From a virus (lineage: Duplodnaviria > Heunggongvirae > Uroviricota > Caudoviricetes), in the IMG/VR virus record IMGVR_UViG_3300046506_000279: 19,198 bases of DNA. One strand, given 5' to 3'. The notes beneath the pieces were generated by a model that saw only the letters and a program-made list of their open reading frames with translations, searched no databases and had not been told where the DNA came from. Positions 11,401 through 19,198 of this stretch are shown here, piece after piece (the stretch's first letter is position 1; each line of letters starts with the position of its first letter). The position numbers were made by a program, and so were the translations under genes.

Positions 11401-14400
11401 GCTTGTCGGCGGCCCGGCGCGCGCTGATGTCGGCCTGGTCGGCAAAGGCCTGGTCCGATTGCTCGGCGGCGGCCAGCCATGCGGTCTCCAGCGCGGCCTC
11501 GTCGGGTGCGGTGGCGGCCATCTTGTGGATGGCGTTGGCGAGCGTGTCTTTGCTGGCCGTGTCGAGCTTGCTGCGGGCCACGTTGATGGCGGCAGCCGCG
11601 CTGGTGGCGCCGCCGTTGCCGATCGCCAGCCCGCTCTGGTGCTCGATGACCAGCCACGGGTTTTTCTTGGCGCCGTGGCGGCGGCCCACGTAGGCGCGCA
11701 CGCCGTGCGGCAGGTCGGTCACGTCGCGCACGTCGGTGTACAGGTTGGGGGTGCCGTCCTTGTCGTTCTGGGTGAAGCGGAACGGCTTGCCGATTTGCTG
11801 GGCCAGCGCGTGTGCGGCCACCTGCTCGCCCTGTTCGAGCATGTCGTGGATCGCGGTTTCCGGGCTGGTACCCAGCCGGATCGTGCTCTTTTGCGGGCGC
11901 GGGCGGCCCTTGAAGCCTTCGGTGGCCATGACCTGGTCGCGGAAGCGGGTCAGGTTGTCCTTGTTGTTGGCGACCGTGAATTTGCCATCGCCGGGCACGT
12001 CGAAGGTGATGAAGTGGGCGGCTTTGCGGGCGGCCATGGCACGCTGCTCGGCGGCCCTGACCTTGGCGCGGGCAGCGTCGCGCTGGCTGGGGCTGCTGGC
12101 CTTGTTCACCGCTTCGCGCGCGTCCTCGAGCGCCCGTGCGGCCGCGTGCAGCTCGGTGTCCTCGGCGTTGGTGGTGGTGTCGGCACCGGCGGTCAGGATC
12201 GCGGCGTTGATCTTCTGGATCAGGTCGGCGCGCGCTTCCTCGTTGTTCATGATCGTGTGGTCGGCCGCCTTCTTCAGCGAAGCGGTGATCACGGTGGGGG
12301 TGGCGGGTTCGGTGTGGCCGGCCTCGATGTGCTCGGCCGCCAGGGCCGGCTGCGGCGCGGCCGGGACTGCCTGCTCGGCCTTGGTAGTCTGGCCAGGCGT
12401 GCCAAAGTGCTCGCGCACCAGATCCTGGTCTGCCAGCGCCTGCAGCCCGGCCTCGACATCATCCGGGTGCTCGGCCTTGATGGTGGCGCGCATGGCTTCC
12501 ACGCTTTGTTTGTTGCCGGCCAGCTCCATCGCGGCGTACATGGCGCGCACCTGGTCGTCGGAAAGGGCGTCCACCTTGGCGTCGTTGATCTTCCCGCGCG
12601 CCTCGAGGGCGGCGTAGGCGGGGCTGCCTTCGAGGTGGACCGGGCTGTCGGCCGGCGCGGCGGGGGCCACTTCTGGCACTGGCCGGGCTTCCTCGATCAG
12701 GCCATACGAGCGCATCGCGTCGACCACTTCCACCGGGCGCAGGAAGTCCATGCGGCCGTTGGCCTTGCGCGCGGCGATGGCCTTGGCGGCGTCGATGATG
12801 CCGTCGGTGGTGGTCTTGCTGATGCCCAGGTCGGTCAGGCCGGCGCGGATCTTGGCCAGCTGCTTGCGGTAGTCGCTGTCGGAATACAGCTTCCCGAACG
12901 GCACCGCTTTGCTGACCAGCGCGCTGATGGTGCCGGCAGGGTACTGCTTGGCGGCAGTGCCCGGCTTTTTGAAAAGCTCCGCCGCTTTCTTGCTGTCGCT
13001 GCCGTTCGGCTGGCGCGCCTTGGGCGCTTCCACCTGCGGCGCGGTCTGGCGGCCCGGCGGCTTACCGGCAGCCAGCGTCCCGTAATCGTTGGGCATCACG
13101 GCAAAGCCGGCCCCGCTCTCGGCGCGCACCACCAGGCGGCCATTGTCGGAAATCGACTCGACAGTGCCATTGGCGTGGTTGCCGTTTTGGTTCGAATAGA
13201 TACCGCTGGCGAAATGCACCTGGTCGCCGACCTTGAACGGCGCTTGCGGCGGCGTGGCTGGTGCCGGCACTTCTGCGGCGGCCTCGGCTTTCTTCCAACG
13301 GCCGTCCCATTTCATGCTCGACGTTTCACGCAGGCGACCGTTGCTGGATACCGTCATTTGGCCGTCGATCTTGACGTGCGGTGCGCCGCCGCGCTGGACG
13401 ATCGTGCCGGTATAGGTCGCGCCGCCAAGGAACGCGGACGGCACGAACGTCTGCACCTTGTCGCCGATCGCCAGGCCAGCCTCTTTCATCTTGGCCAGCA
13501 GTGCCGCGTCGGTGCCGGCTTTTTCGGCCTTGTAAATCTCTTGCAGCGTCGGGTAGACGCTCTTGTATTCGTCGGTGGCGTGGTACTTCTGCAGCGGCAT
13601 GTTCAGCTGCTTGGCGCGCGCGCTGACCCAGTCCATGGCGTCGGCGTAGGTTTCAAACGATGGTGCGGCCTGCGATGCGGCGCCGATGCCAAGGCGCTCG
13701 TTGAGCGTGCCGGGGCGGTGCTCGGTGCTGGTGATGCCGCTTACGCCGAACGCATCGAAGGCGCTGCGCGAGTCGACCTCATTCGCCACTTCGCGGGCGC
13801 GGGCCACCATCGCCTCGGCTTGTTCCTTGGTGTCGAACGGGCCAGCTAGGCGTGCCACGCGGCTATCGCGCAGCATGGTGACGTAAAACTTCTGCTCGCC
13901 CTCGGGTGCCGGCACTTCTGCGGCCGGTGCCGGGGGTGGGGCGTCTACAGCCGCTGGTTCTTCTGCCGCAATGGGTGGCTTCCCGACAAGCGCCTCGATG
14001 TGCGTCTGTCCGTTGCGCTTGGCCACCTGGAGTCGATGCCAACCGTCGATGATCGTAACGCGGCCATCGCTTTGCAGTTCGTAGATTGGGCGCGATACGG
14101 TTTCGGCATCGCGGATGGCTTTCAGGCGCTCATCAAGCTGTTCGGGCTCGGGCGCTTCATCCTGGGCAATGATGCTACCGACCGGCACCCGCGCGATGCG
14201 CCAATCCCAGTCTTGGGCCTCGTCAGCCTCCAGCATGTAGATGGCGTCGTCGCTTGCCGCGAACGGGTCGGTTTTGCTGCCTTCGGCAAACCACGAAGGC
14301 ACTTCGCCCGCCCGTTGCCCAGCCTGCAGCCCGCGCCGCGCGATTTCGTCGGCAATCGGCTTGGCGCGCTTGGGCAGTTCTTGCTGGGCGCGCAGCAGCT

Positions 14401-17400
14401 GGGCGTCGGTCATGGCCTTGATCGACAGGCGGTTTAGCTGCTGGGTGGTCAGGTCGTGCTCGGTCAGCGCTTCCGGGTCGACCGTTTCGGCGTCCTGCGC
14501 GCGGCGCTCCAGTTCGCTCAGCTCGCGGCCCGGTTCGGCGCGCTGGTCGTCGCGCACGATGCGCGGGCGCGGGCGGCCATCGGCCATGTCCGACTGCATG
14601 ATGTGGTGCAGGGCGTCGTTGCGCGGGCGGTTCTCGGTAATCAGCGCGCGCAGGCGGTTGGCGTCGGCCGACACGTTGCCGTCGTAGCCGGATGCCAGGA
14701 TCGCGTCCAGCCGCGGCTGCAGGCGTTCGTCGGAGGCGGCGCCCAGGATATGCACGCCGTGGATGTTGTCGCCGTACTGGCGCAGCAGGTCGGTCAGTTC
14801 GGCGTCGGACACGCCTTCCACCGCCGACGGGATGCCGATGATCGGCGCGATGTCGCCGGCCGGGTCCAGGCCCAGGTGGCGCATCATCTGCTCATACGCG
14901 GCGGTCAGGCTCAAGGGGCCGCCCTGCAGCGGCACGATCGCCTGCAGGCCGAAGCCGTTGATCTGCTCGGCGTACTTTTCCACCAGGGCCAGCGAGGCGG
15001 TCTGGTCGGTCACGACGTCGGGCATGACCAGGAACATGCGCCCCATCGCCATGCCGGCGCTGGCCTTGCTCAGTTCGCGCTCGATCTCCTCGTAGCGGTC
15101 AAACAGCGCGTCCGGGTCCAGTTGCGCGGGGGCGGCCGCTTCTCTCTGTTCCTTCTCCGCCGCTTCCGCTTCGCGCTGGTTGCGGCCGTGGATGGTGTAG
15201 GCGCCGGAATCGACGAACAGGTAGGTGCCCTCGGTGTCGGCCAGTTGTTGGGCGATCTTGGGGGTCGAGACTTTCGACAGTTCCAGCACCGAAATGCCGA
15301 CGTTTTTACCGTTGGCAAACATGCGGGTGAAGTCGCCCGGTGCCGACATGCCTGACAGGAAGCGCAGCGGCTGCTCCGGGGTGCCGTACACGCCCGGCTT
15401 GAATTCGCCGTCGATGTCGACCGGGTTGCCGGCGTTGGCGACGGTGGCGGCCAGGCGGCGCTGGGCTTCGAGCTCGGCGGCCGGGTGCGACTCTGGGATC
15501 ACCAGTTCGTGCGCGACGTTGTTGGTCTTGGCCTGCGCGTCCAGCGCGCGCAGGTACTCGCCCAGCTGGCCGCGCTGGACCCCGATGAAGCCCTCGGTGC
15601 CGCTCGGCTCGATGCCGGGCGCGACGAAGCCGGCCTTCTGCAACTGCTGCACGTAGGCGGCGGCCACCTCGCGGTAATCGCTGGGGGCGGCGATGAACAC
15701 GCTGCTGAAGTTCTTGTGGGCGAAGTCGGCCAGGTCCACGCCCTCGGCCAGCAGCGCGGCGCGGCGCTCGGGCGTCATCGCCTGTTCGTAGTTCTCGATC
15801 GGCTTGTCGGCATGGATCAGGCCATGCTTGGCCGAAATCACGTACACGTCGGGCCGCGCGCGCGGGTCTTCCGGCATCCATTTGCGCAGCATTTCAAACA
15901 TGCTGCCCTGGTACAGGTCGGCCGCCTTGTGGATGCCGGCCAGCTTGCGGTCGGAACAGGCGATCAGCAGCAGCGGGCGGGCGTCGGTGGGGTCGTAGGC
16001 GTGGATCTGCTGCTGGGTGGCGGCGGGCGCCACGGCGCTGGCGGCGCGCGCGGCGCGGCGCGCCTCGATCTCCCTGGCCACCGGTTCGGCGCGCTTGGGC
16101 AGTTCGCGCTGGGCGCGCTGCAATTGCGCGTCGGTCATGGCCTTGATCGACAGGCGGTTTAGCTCTTGCGTGGTCAGTTCGCGCGCGCGCTCGGGCAGGG
16201 CGCCGATGGCAGCATCGCTGGCGCGGTCTGCCGCGTCGGCTTGGGACAGGGCGGTGCGCGCTTCCTCGGCCGAACCGTAGTCTTTGCCGGCGCGTTCGTC
16301 GCGCCATACGACGGCGTGCTGGCGGTTCAGGGTCGGGGTGGCGGTGCGCGCGCCGACGGTAACGGGTTCCTTGGCGGCCAGCAGGGTGTCGCGCTGGCGT
16401 TTGCCGTCCAGCCAACCGGCTTCCCATGCTTCGCGCTCGGCTTTCTTGCGCACGTCCGACGGCGGGTGCATCGCATAGCCGTCCAGGGCGGCAGTCTGCC
16501 CGCGCTTTACCAGCGCCGGGTCGTGGTTGGTCTGGGCCTGGCTGCCGGCTGCATCGCGCGTCGGTTCTCCTGTTGGTGCAGGCGTTCCATTCTCGGCAGG
16601 CGGGGTGGGCGCAGCCGGGGCGGTCGTTTCGAGCGGGTGGACGTAGGCCAGCACCTGCTCGGCGCTCAGGGCGGCAACGGCATCCTCGCTGTCGGTGCCG
16701 TCGTGGTAGTCGGCAATGGCGTGGTAGGCGGCCTTCCATTGGCGGGCTGAAATGTCGTTGGCGAACGGGGCCAGTTTCGGGTTGGCGCGCATGCCTTTGC
16801 CGGCGGCGCCCATGGCGGCGGCAAACGAGCGAAAGCCCTTGCGTACCAGCAGTTCAATCACTTTGGACAGGGCCGGCAGCAGGTCGCCAGCGGTGTAGAG
16901 CTGGCCGCGGGCGTTCAGTTTGGCGCCGGACATATCACCCAGCACGTCGCCCAGGTGGCCCCAGGCGTCGGCCAGTTCGGCGTCGAGCGGGTCGGTTTCT
17001 GCGGCGGGCTCGGCCTTTGGCGCAGTGTCCGGCGTAACGGCGGGCGCGCTTGGCGCGGATTTGGCTTCGTTTGGCGCATTCGGCGCGGCGGGCGCGGACT
17101 GCTGGTATGGCGAAGCGAATTCAGGCGCGCTTTTACTTGGCGTCGGCATGTCGTCGTTCATCTTGACGTTCCATGCCAATTTCGCATCAGCTACCGGGAT
17201 GCCCAATTTGGCGGCGGCAGCTTTGAAGTCGTCGGTGCCGGGGCGCATCAGGCTGGCACTGTGCGGCATTGCAAAGGCGACGGCGTCGCCCAGTTTGCTC
17301 CATGCGCTGCGGCGGGCGCCCGGCGTTTCCGTGGGGGCTGCCGCTGCGTCCGGGGCCGTGTCCTTCGGCATGCCGAAAATCTTGTTGCCGCGGCCGATCG

Positions 17401-19198
17401 CGCCGGCTTGCTGCAGGGCGTCCTTGATCTGCTGCGGGGTGGCGTGGTCCGGTACCGTGACGTCGGCGCCGGTGTTGAAGTCCTGGGCGGCGTACTTGCC
17501 GATGTGGACCACGCCGTTCTGGACGGTGATCGGTTCGGCGCTGTTGGGCAGCTTGCCGAGCGACAGCGTGGCGGGGGCGGCGGGCAGTTCGGGCAGCGGG
17601 AAGCCGGCGCCTTGCCACTTCGCCAGCTGGCCTTCGGTCGGCGCGGTCGGCATGCCTTCGTCGGCCAGGTTGTTGCTGCCGTCCAGCTTGTAGTAGTTGG
17701 CGATCAGGCTCAGCGGGTCGCCGGCCAGCATGCGGCCGCGCTTGATCGTTACCAGGTGGATCGCCGACAGGCTCTTGCCGGTGCTGGTGACTTTCTTCTG
17801 GTTGGCCAGGAAATGCTGGGTCACGCCGTTGTGCTCGACCGTGATCGGGTGCCACGATCCCAGCGTCGCGTGCGGCAGTGCCTCGAATGCGGCGCGGATC
17901 TTTTGCGCGGCCGTCGCCGGGCTGGCGGCGGCTGGTGCCACTTCTGCCGCTTTGTCGGCGGTCTGGGTCGCGCCATCGGCCACTTCGGCACTGGGGAATT
18001 CGTGCGCCAGCGGGATCAGGTCGCGGATCGGGGCAGCGAAGCGGATCACCCGGATCGGGTCGTTGTCTTCCAGCCTGGCCAGCCACTGGTGGTGGCCGTC
18101 GAGGACGTGGTTGTCGCTCGAGACCAGGATGGCGCGGTCGCCGCCTTCATGGGCCTTGGCCTGTTCGACCTTGGCGTGGGAAAATTCCTGCTGGGTCGGG
18201 TGCAGGGTGCTGGGCAGCACTTCTTCCTGCTGGTGCGGGACGCCGCGCGCGGCCAGGAAGTTGACCAGGGCGCCGCGGTGCTCGGCTTTAACCTGCGGCA
18301 TGTCGGCGCGCGGGATGGCCAAGGTGCCGGAATCGGGGGCGAAGGCGGTCCAGTCGCGGTCGATCTGGTGGCCGGCCAGCTCGGTGACGGGGTCGGCGGC
18401 GGTTGGGGCGGCGGCCGGCTGCGCGCGGATACCCGGGATCTTGCGCGGGACTTGCAGGTTCCCGGCGAAGGTATCGCTGAACTTCGACGTGGGCGTTTCA
18501 AGCAGCAGGGTGAACGTCCCATCGCCATTGTCGGTGACTTGTACCACCCGGGCCGGCCTGCCTTGTGGCGTGATCCAGTCGCCTGCCTTGAGTTGCGCAA
18601 CGGTGGTTTTTTCGGTGCCGATGAAGCTCACGCCAAGCGGCAGGCCGAAGGCGTTGCGTTCCACCTTCTCGGCGGCCGGTGCGTCTTCGGCTAGTGCCGG
18701 CTGGGCGTCAGCGGCCGTACTTGCAGCAGATACATCAGGTCCAGCGCCTGGTGCAGGTGCGGCGGGAACGGCTGCTCGGTTTTCGCCAGCTGCTTGATCA
18801 GCTTGGCGTCGGCCTTGCTCACCAGCTTGGACTGGCGCAGCAGGCGCAGCGCTTCCCAGGCCGTCATTTCGTTGTCCAGCATCAGCGGCATGTCCTGCAT
18901 GGGCGGCTCCGGTGGCGGTGGGGGGGGCTTTGCGGCCGTTCTTGACGAAGGCCTTGAAGGCGGTCATCAGCGGTTCGCGCTGGCCGGCCGGTACCTTGGC
19001 CTTGTTCAGTTCTTTCCAGAAGTCGGTGCCGTTTTTCGAGCGCTGGGCGGCGGCCAGCAGCTCGGGCGGCAGGGCGGGGGCGGGCGCGGCGGCTGTGGGC
19101 GCGGCGGCCTTGCGCTCGGGTACCGCGTCGACCAGTTCGTTGGGGGCGGCAAACACCGGTTCGTTGAAGGCCTGCGCGGCGGCGCCGTGGCGCTCGAC
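2..19198 (-). CDS. Giant PLxRFG-domain polyvalent protein (>=6,399 aa, partial at both ends); probable phage/MGE internal-virion or ejected anti-defence protein
   Basis: Manual translation of the minus frame whose codons start at positions =1 mod 3 shows no stop from 19198 (VERHGAAAQAFNEP...) to 2 (...FAKRAFTASGKALGGN). Third codon positions are mostly G/C. Contains YAPLMRFGKY (PLMRFG at 1526-1543) and a long series of motifs typical of polyvalent proteins. Confidence 0.96.
2540..3105 (-). other. ADP-ribosyltransferase domain 2 (ART-PolyVal-like)
   Basis: AFKDWFGASTVVDPATGAPLPVYHGG (YHGG 3014-3025), YFYFAES, AYLALAHPLD, AGYDGL, YAVFRPDQIK. Confidence 0.8.
3160..3655 (-). other. ADP-ribosyltransferase domain 1 core (ART-PolyVal-like); its N-terminal FKRWFGDW motif lies at 4391-4414
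   Basis: SKVVNPDGTPRVVYHGT (YHGT 3602-3613), DFFFAANPEFAGVYA, GNVLPVYLHISNP, AGHDGMLVRN, VYIAFDAGQIKSATGNNGNFDPANP. Confidence 0.88.
3671..3699 (+). promoter_or_regulatory. Putative antisense sigma70-like promoter P-A
   Basis: TTGCAG (3671-3676), 17-nt spacer, TATCAT (3694-3699; 5/6 match to TATAAT). Lies directly upstream of hairpin RNA A. Confidence 0.55.
3704..3800 (+). ncRNA. Putative structured antisense RNA A (~97 nt)
   Basis: GGTGGGTGCTGTCGG (3704-3718) pairs with CCGGCAGCATCCGCC (3786-3800) as an uninterrupted 15-bp stem with 3 G-U pairs. G-U pairs favour the + strand. Internal hairpin AGGGC...GCCCT at 3734-3759. Paralogous to RNA B. Confidence 0.55.
3818..3846 (+). promoter_or_regulatory. 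Putative antisense sigma70-like promoter P-B
   Basis: TTGTGG (3818-3823), 17-nt spacer, TATCAT (3841-3846). Same geometry as P-A, 147 nt downstream. Confidence 0.55.
3852..3938 (+). ncRNA. Putative structured antisense RNA B (~87 nt)
   Basis: GGCGGTGCCGCAGG (3852-3865) pairs with CCTGTCGGCATCCGCC (3923-3938): 14 bp with two single-nt bulges. Internal hairpin AGGGTCGG-TTGT-TTGGCCCT at 3881-3900, at the same offset from the -10 box as in RNA A. Confidence 0.55.
3955..4290 (-). other. LPD3/PBECR-like (barnase/RelE-type nuclease-fold) domain inserted in ART domain 1
   Basis: YTNQATGQAIEVRAHGIKETLQH...ALAALPALLEHG...FAAKVRIAGNDFIVTAGVREDANGRLFYDHEL, a pattern I recognise from LPD3-type domains. 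Confidence 0.65.
4540..5060 (-). other. Zincin-like metallopeptidase (MPTase) domain
   Basis: LLHEFVHAAT (HExxH, 4784-4798), YGMRNLDEFVAEAHANPAFQ (third-ligand Glu motif, 4646-4666), SLWDRFVDIVRAVLG. Confidence 0.88.
5100..6760 (-). other. Conserved uncharacterised phage virion-protein domain ('EEMQSDW' domain)
   Basis: YYSELARQI, GIKKDELDWSG, TKYGRYTLPGGAHYRELLLTLP, SGHWAEPNIVAHIRMNDR, LFIEEMQSDWAQQG (5996-6016), PAPFVTSTEGWLQLAIKR, GYDKVAFVNG, VIGKELAEKI, GGDGMKAFYDQIVP, QPGFTLT...GLPLF. Confidence 0.7.
6790..7175 (-). other. GNAT-family acetyltransferase domain
   Basis: Motif A RGKGIATALF (RGKGIA 7013-7030) and downstream STLSDDSTRLYERL. Confidence 0.72.
7450..8370 (-). other. Plasmid/ICE-type region resembling parts of DUF3560-containing proteins
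   Basis: GTSHSPEARG, HSRVMSSMITGPARFP, PDFAGRTGIPAYQLQNNNAEIRRLRDR, NRLQVFFDGKP...LKSAGFKWAPSTGAWQRQLT. Confidence 0.55.
13982..14210 (-). other. ParB/Srx-like domain 2
   Basis: RPIYELQSDGRVTIIDGWHRLQVAKRNGQTHIEALV (DGWHR 14033-14047). Confidence 0.75.
14335..14452 (-). repeat. Direct repeat copy 2 (C-terminal flank of DUF6884/TGT cassette)
   Basis: Encodes LTTQQLNRLSIKAMTDAQLLRAQQELPKRAKPIADEI. 37-nt exact identity (14403-14439) with 16128-16164. Confidence 0.92.
14600..15370 (-). other. tRNA-guanine transglycosylase (TGT)/DpdA-like TIM-barrel domain
   Basis: Ordered TGT-type motifs: FVDSGAY (15197-15217), MPDVV (15011-15025), IVPLQG (14921-14938), GVHILG (14741-14758), VSADAN (SAD 14663-14671). 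Confidence 0.72.
15542..15979 (-). other. DUF6884-like (YaaA-related) domain
   Basis: LLLIACSDRK...AADLYQGSMF...VYVISAKHGLI...IENYEQAMT...FIAAPSDY...GFIGVQRGQLGEYL. Confidence 0.75.
16060..16177 (-). repeat. Direct repeat copy 1 (N-terminal flank of DUF6884/TGT cassette)
   Basis: Encodes LTTQELNRLSIKAMTDAQLQRAQRELPKRAEPVAREI. 37-nt exact identity with 14403-14439. Confidence 0.92.
16397..16519 (-). other. Rmf/CrpP-like Trp-Gly motif
   Basis: LVKRGQTAALDGYAMHPPSDVRKKAEREAWEAGWLDGKR resembles the Rmf pattern RGxxAxxxG-xn-P-xn-RxxWxxGW. Confidence 0.45.
17995..18345 (-). other. ParB/Srx-like domain 1
   Basis: IPRADMPQVKAEHRGALVNFL...LHPTQQEFSHAKV...DRAILVSSDNHVLDGHHQWLA (DGHHQW 18083-18100). 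Confidence 0.8.
18691..18900 (-). CDS. Nested overprinted 69-aa hypothetical protein (MQDMPLMLDNEM...LTPSRH) in a different frame inside the giant CDS
   Basis: 63/69 codons end in G/C, versus about 23/70 in the host frame over the same interval. GGAG Shine-Dalgarno (18907-18910) lies 6 nt before the ATG, and the ORF ends in TAG. The host frame here becomes a low-complexity A/G/Q/P linker. Confidence 0.7.
   Translation of the reverse strand: MQDMPLMLDNEMTAWEALRLLRQSKLVSKADAKLIKQLAKTEQPFPPHLHQALDLMYLLQVRPLTPSRH

Noticed and set aside
191-13849. Long plus-strand ORFs in the track (191-3655, 3962-5362, 7091-8917, 9134-13849, etc.)
   Set aside because: They are antisense shadows of the GC3-rich minus-strand gene. 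Their translations are V/G/A/L-rich with no recognisable motifs.
16506-16590. Short alternate-frame ORF MERLHQQENRRAMQPAARPRPTTTRRW, with an AGGAG upstream of its second ATG
   Set aside because: It is only 27 aa, its codon bias is weak, and the SD spacing is too long (~12 nt).
528-18600. Minus-strand alternate-frame ORFs rich in R/P/G (528-2333, 4326-5570, 10395-11657, 15894-16739, 17187-18086, etc.)
   Set aside because: These are off-frame readings of the giant gene with non-protein-like composition. Only 18691-18900 shows its own codon bias and RBS.

Overview
The whole 19.2-kb window is one uninterrupted minus-strand reading frame (2..19198, 6,399 codons). I translated it by hand line by line and found no in-frame stop. 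It is open at both window edges, so the supplied ORF track misses it, and the long plus-strand ORFs are GC-rich antisense shadows. The product is a giant PLxRFG-type polyvalent protein of phage/prophage or plasmid origin in a high-GC host, probably a proteobacterium (inference). N- to C-terminal order, running from high to low coordinates: ParB-like; Rmf/CrpP-like motif; DUF6884-like plus TGT/DpdA-like barrel bracketed by a direct repeat; second ParB-like; small SH3/KOW-like and other modules; DUF3560-associated-like region; GNAT; conserved 'EEMQSDW' domain; HExxH metallopeptidase; ADP-ribosyltransferase (ART) split by an LPD3-like insert; second ART; PLMRFG-containing helical C-terminal region. 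Three hidden layers stand out. (1) Two tandem antisense units at 3671-3938, each a sigma70-like promoter followed by a ~90-100 nt hairpin RNA with compensatory base changes, next to the LPD3-like domain. (2) A repeat-bracketed DUF6884/TGT-like base-exchange cassette inside the protein. (3) A 69-aa overprinted gene with its own RBS in another frame. All domain names come from motif recognition, not database searches.
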